From: Octopus sinensis
Lineage: Eukaryota
Reading direction: 5' to 3'
Assembly (NCBI RefSeq): GCF_006345805.1
Contig: NC_043020.1
Location: forward strand, 15,314,001 to 15,378,000
DNA: 64,000 nucleotides
Of this stretch, positions 60,761-64,000 are shown in pieces (position 1 is the stretch's first letter; the number at the start of each line of letters is the position of its first letter). Position numbers and translations under genes: made by a program. Under the pieces are notes generated by a model. That model made no database searches and was not told the origin of the DNA. It saw only the letters and a list, made by a program, of their open reading frames with translations.

Positions 60761-60762
<2 letters not shown>

Positions 60763-62658
60763 GTGATAATACTTTATTAGATTTTATATAGTCTGCATCG
60801 GTTGTCACATTTTACTGCTTTTCCTGCATCTCTATCCCTTTTCTGCATTAGGTATTTGGTTGATATTTCTTGTCCCTGGATTGCAAACGCATACCCTTCA
60901 AAGTAGGAGGTAGTAATCCAAATATTAGTTCATGATAGAATGCCTTCAGGATCAATGTTACTATCATCTCAGAGCTTTCTACTAACATATCTATGCATAG
61001 TCTTCTGCTCATATAGGCTCATCCTTTCATCTGATGATACGTTGCGGTAGAGTCGTGCGACTTCTTTGGGCGTGTATTCTAGGTTAGCAGACAAGGAATG
61101 TTGTATGTATATATGTCTCTTCTGTTTTTTTCAATTATTAGAAATCATCCACTGAGGAGAGTACAGTTGGTGAGGTGTAAACTCATTTTTCTCTTTACAT
61201 TTTATCGTTGTAGTTAACCATCCAATATGGCGGCGCACGTTGTTGACGTTTCCTTAAAGTTTTGTTTTCCATCGAAGTTGTTTCCGTTTCGTAATTTCGT
61301 TACTTTGTTCACTGTCGATTTCTCCTAGGTGTTCTTTAAGAGTAATAGCGGCTGTATGTATGTATGTATGTATGTATGTATGTATGTATGTATGTATGTA
61401 TGTATGTATGTATGTATGTATGTATGTATGTATGTCTCGTCGGTAGTTCACATATCTTTGGGGTGTAGTTAACACAGACAAATTCACATTTGGAACTTGA
61501 GAAAAGTCTTGCATATTTTTACTGTTTCACTCACAGATTGCACTTGTAATGTACGAATCAGACGGCCAATTTCTCTTTCTGAAAATCCCAGTTTATCCAG
61601 ATTCTCCCTTAAGCATTTTCTAACAAAACCTAGTGCTCCAATTATTATTAGTATGAATATGAATTCATTGTCTGGCTATAGAAGCAGGAGGTTCTGAAGC
61701 AGTTGATTTTCAAAGATATATTTATATCTGCAGGGCAGCTAACCTCTATGTTGGTACATAACTTTGCCCCTATGTCCCAAACAAGCCAATTTGGTGCATC
61801 AGTCTGACCTTCTATAGTCCTTTTGAACATACATATCAATTGGTTTCTATAAAATGTCAGCTTCTTGTACTAATATCCAACTATTAGGTCCCTTCTATGC
61901 GCCTTCCCATTCTGCAGTTTGCCAACTGCTATAGCGAACGTTTCTGCATAAATTTTGTATGTTTTACTATTAGTGTTGGTACAGTATTCTCTCTCATTTG
62001 TATTTAACAATGATTCATTCATGTTGAAATCATTCTTTTATTACTAAATTTTTGACCAGAATGATTGTAGATCTTCTTGGGAGGGAACTTTCATAATAGT
62101 AATGTTTTCCTTCCTCATCTCTCTGTATAATGCTAGTGAATTGGAATCAAACTTGCGATTGATAATGACTCGCACAAAATTTCGGATGCGATAGCGGAGT
62201 CTCTCGCTCACAGTCCTGAGTTCATGTTTTAAAGTGATTAACTTTCCCTCAAGAGCTCGGTGTTAAGAGTTGCCATAAAGTTTCATTAATTTTTGTGTAA
62301 GGTACAGTTGGTGAGGTGTAAACTCATTTTTCTCTTTAAATTTTATCGTTGTAGTTAACCATCCAATATGGCGGCGCACGTTGTTGACGTTTTCTTAAAG
62401 TTTTGTTTTCCATCTAAGTTGTTTCCGTTTCGTAATTTCGTTACTTTGTTCACTGTAGATTTCTCCTAGGTGTTCTTTAAGAGTAATAGAGGCTGTATGT
62501 ATGTATGCATGCATGTATGTATGTATGTATGTATGTATGTATGTATGTATGTATGTATGTATGTATGTATGTATGTATGTATGTTTGTATGTATGTATGT
62601 ATGTATGTATGTATGTATGTACGTACGTATGTATGTCTCGTCGGTAGCTCACGTATCT
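60761..62658 (-). mobile_element. Rearranged R4/Dong-type (RLE) retrotransposon remnant
   Basis: Hand translations: pre-RT RWKTKL...NVRRHIGWL...LQSFWSKI...GY(*)YKKL...PNWL; post-RT FEGYAFAIQGQEISTKYL...CRL; RLE VWD...KLC..IEVSCPAD...IIIGALG...CKTFLKFQM*. Confidence 0.8.
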
Positions 62659-62804
62659 GAAAAAGAAGCACATTCTAAAGGATTAGAGCAAGTATATATT
62701 TAGGTTGTTATGGCCGGTCAGAGAGTGACCAATGGTCACCCGCTGACCAGCCATAACAAACAACTTTGTAAATACATACATTCATACATACATACACACA
62801 CACA

Positions 62805-62822
62805 ATATATATATATATAATA

Positions 62823-62879
<57 letters not shown>

Positions 62880-63094
62880 TATATATATATCTAATATATA
62901 TTATATATAATAATGCAAAAGATGAACTGATTGTTTGACAATTTTTTAACATCTATGTATTAATTTGTTGGGTACCATCTAGCAGTATATTGATATATAT
63001 TATCCCCTGGTGGGTTGAATTTTCAACCCCTATCTCATTTTATAACCTATATATATATATATATAATAAACTATTATATATATAATATAATATA

Positions 63095-63156
<62 letters not shown>

Positions 63157-63390
63157 ACAATGCAAAAGATGAACTGATTGTTGACATTTTTCAGAAATCA
63201 TGTATTAATTTTTGTGGGTACCTATCTAGCAGTATATTGGATATATATTATCCCATGGTGGTTTGAATTTCAACCCCTATCTCATTTTTAAACCTATATA
63301 TATATATATATATAATATTAGATCTATATATATATATATCTATATATATATATATATAAAGTTAATCCAACAAGAAAGCACATATATATA
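62805..63390. repeat. (TA)n-rich tract with a ~140-bp segment duplicated at ~245-bp spacing
   Basis: AATGCAAAAGATGAACTGATTG...CTATCTCATTTT at ~62911 and ~63159. Confidence 0.85.
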
Positions 63391-63469
63391 TATATACACA
63401 TACATACAAACACACCTGACCTTGATAACCATCAAATGAAAAATGTTCGTGTTGTGTGTGTGTTGAGAT

Positions 63470-64000
63470 AGTTTGTTGCTGAATCATTAGTTGTTGTTGT
63501 TGTTGTTGTTTTATTGTATTTCGTTGTTGTAAAGAGTAAAGTGAACATGTTTAAGGAGAGAAGGAGAGCAGAAGCGGTGGGAGAGGAAAGCGAAGAGAAC
63601 GACGGAAAGAAAGGGAAGGAGGAGGAGAAGAAGTCGGAGAAGAAGGTGCTGGGGGGAAATCTCTTTGGTGCTACCACCCACTGTTGACAGGAGCCAGCTT
63701 CCTGTCGTACATCATTGTTGTTACCTGGTGGGAAAAACAGCAGAGGGTTGTGGTGGCGTTGGAGTTGGCGGTGGTGGTGGTGGTGGTGGTTGTGGTGGTG
63801 GTGGTGGTGGTGGTGTTGTTTGGAGGTAGTTGTATTTAGGTAAAGGAGAAAGGATGAAGTAAATTTAGGGAGAACCGAGGTGGGAGAGGCTTTGTGAATG
63901 GGTTGGAGGAGGGAGATGGCGCTGGTGGTGGTGGTGGTGGTGGTGGTGGTGGTAGTAGATGGACGTAAGGGGTAACGCTCAAGGCAGAACAAAGGAGGGG
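63470..64000. other. GC-richer low-complexity segment with (GGT)n tracts; possible exon or 5' UTR of a neighbouring gene
   Basis: A minus-strand poly-Thr/poly-His frame stays open to a donor-like CCAG|GTAAC at 63725/63724. No recognisable domain. Confidence 0.3.

Noticed and set aside
61225-61237. YY1-like CCAATATGGCGGC in the duplicated 300-bp unit, suggesting an LTR or promoter
   Set aside because: The unit translates as R4/Dong ORF (NVRRHIGWL) on the minus strand, so the motif is incidental and the repeats are not LTRs.
62805-63390. Tandem duplication as a biological signal
   Set aside because: The copies differ mainly by homopolymer indels inside (TA)n, consistent with noisy long-read consensus or misassembly.

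Overview
AT-rich, repeat-dense animal genomic DNA, most likely from an octopus (inferred from the SINE, microsatellite and Helitron repertoire). Bases 798-28570 hold the last 16 coding exons of DNA polymerase theta (POLQ) on the + strand. They splice into an uninterrupted 1805-codon frame covering the helicase C-terminal half, an ~800-aa disordered central exon and the A-family polymerase domain with intact motifs A, B and C. The 5' exons lie upstream of the window. The introns and the 35 kb downstream are a mosaic of at least four tRNA-headed SINE families, RTE, CR1, Tx1 and R4/Dong LINE fragments, seven non-autonomous Helitrons, hAT, pogo, piggyBac and GG-TIR MITEs, a mariner fragment, a decayed ~75-bp satellite and long microsatellites. 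A CpG-rich promoter-like island lies at ~37.9-39 kb. The main leads are: (1) a (TAA)n array hit repeatedly by R4/Dong elements and a SINE; (2) Penelope-type minimal hammerhead-like motifs with altered cores; (3) two POLQ primer-grip codons that A-to-I editing would convert back to Arg; (4) LINEs embedded in specific tetranucleotide microsatellites. All coordinates were counted by hand and no searches were run.
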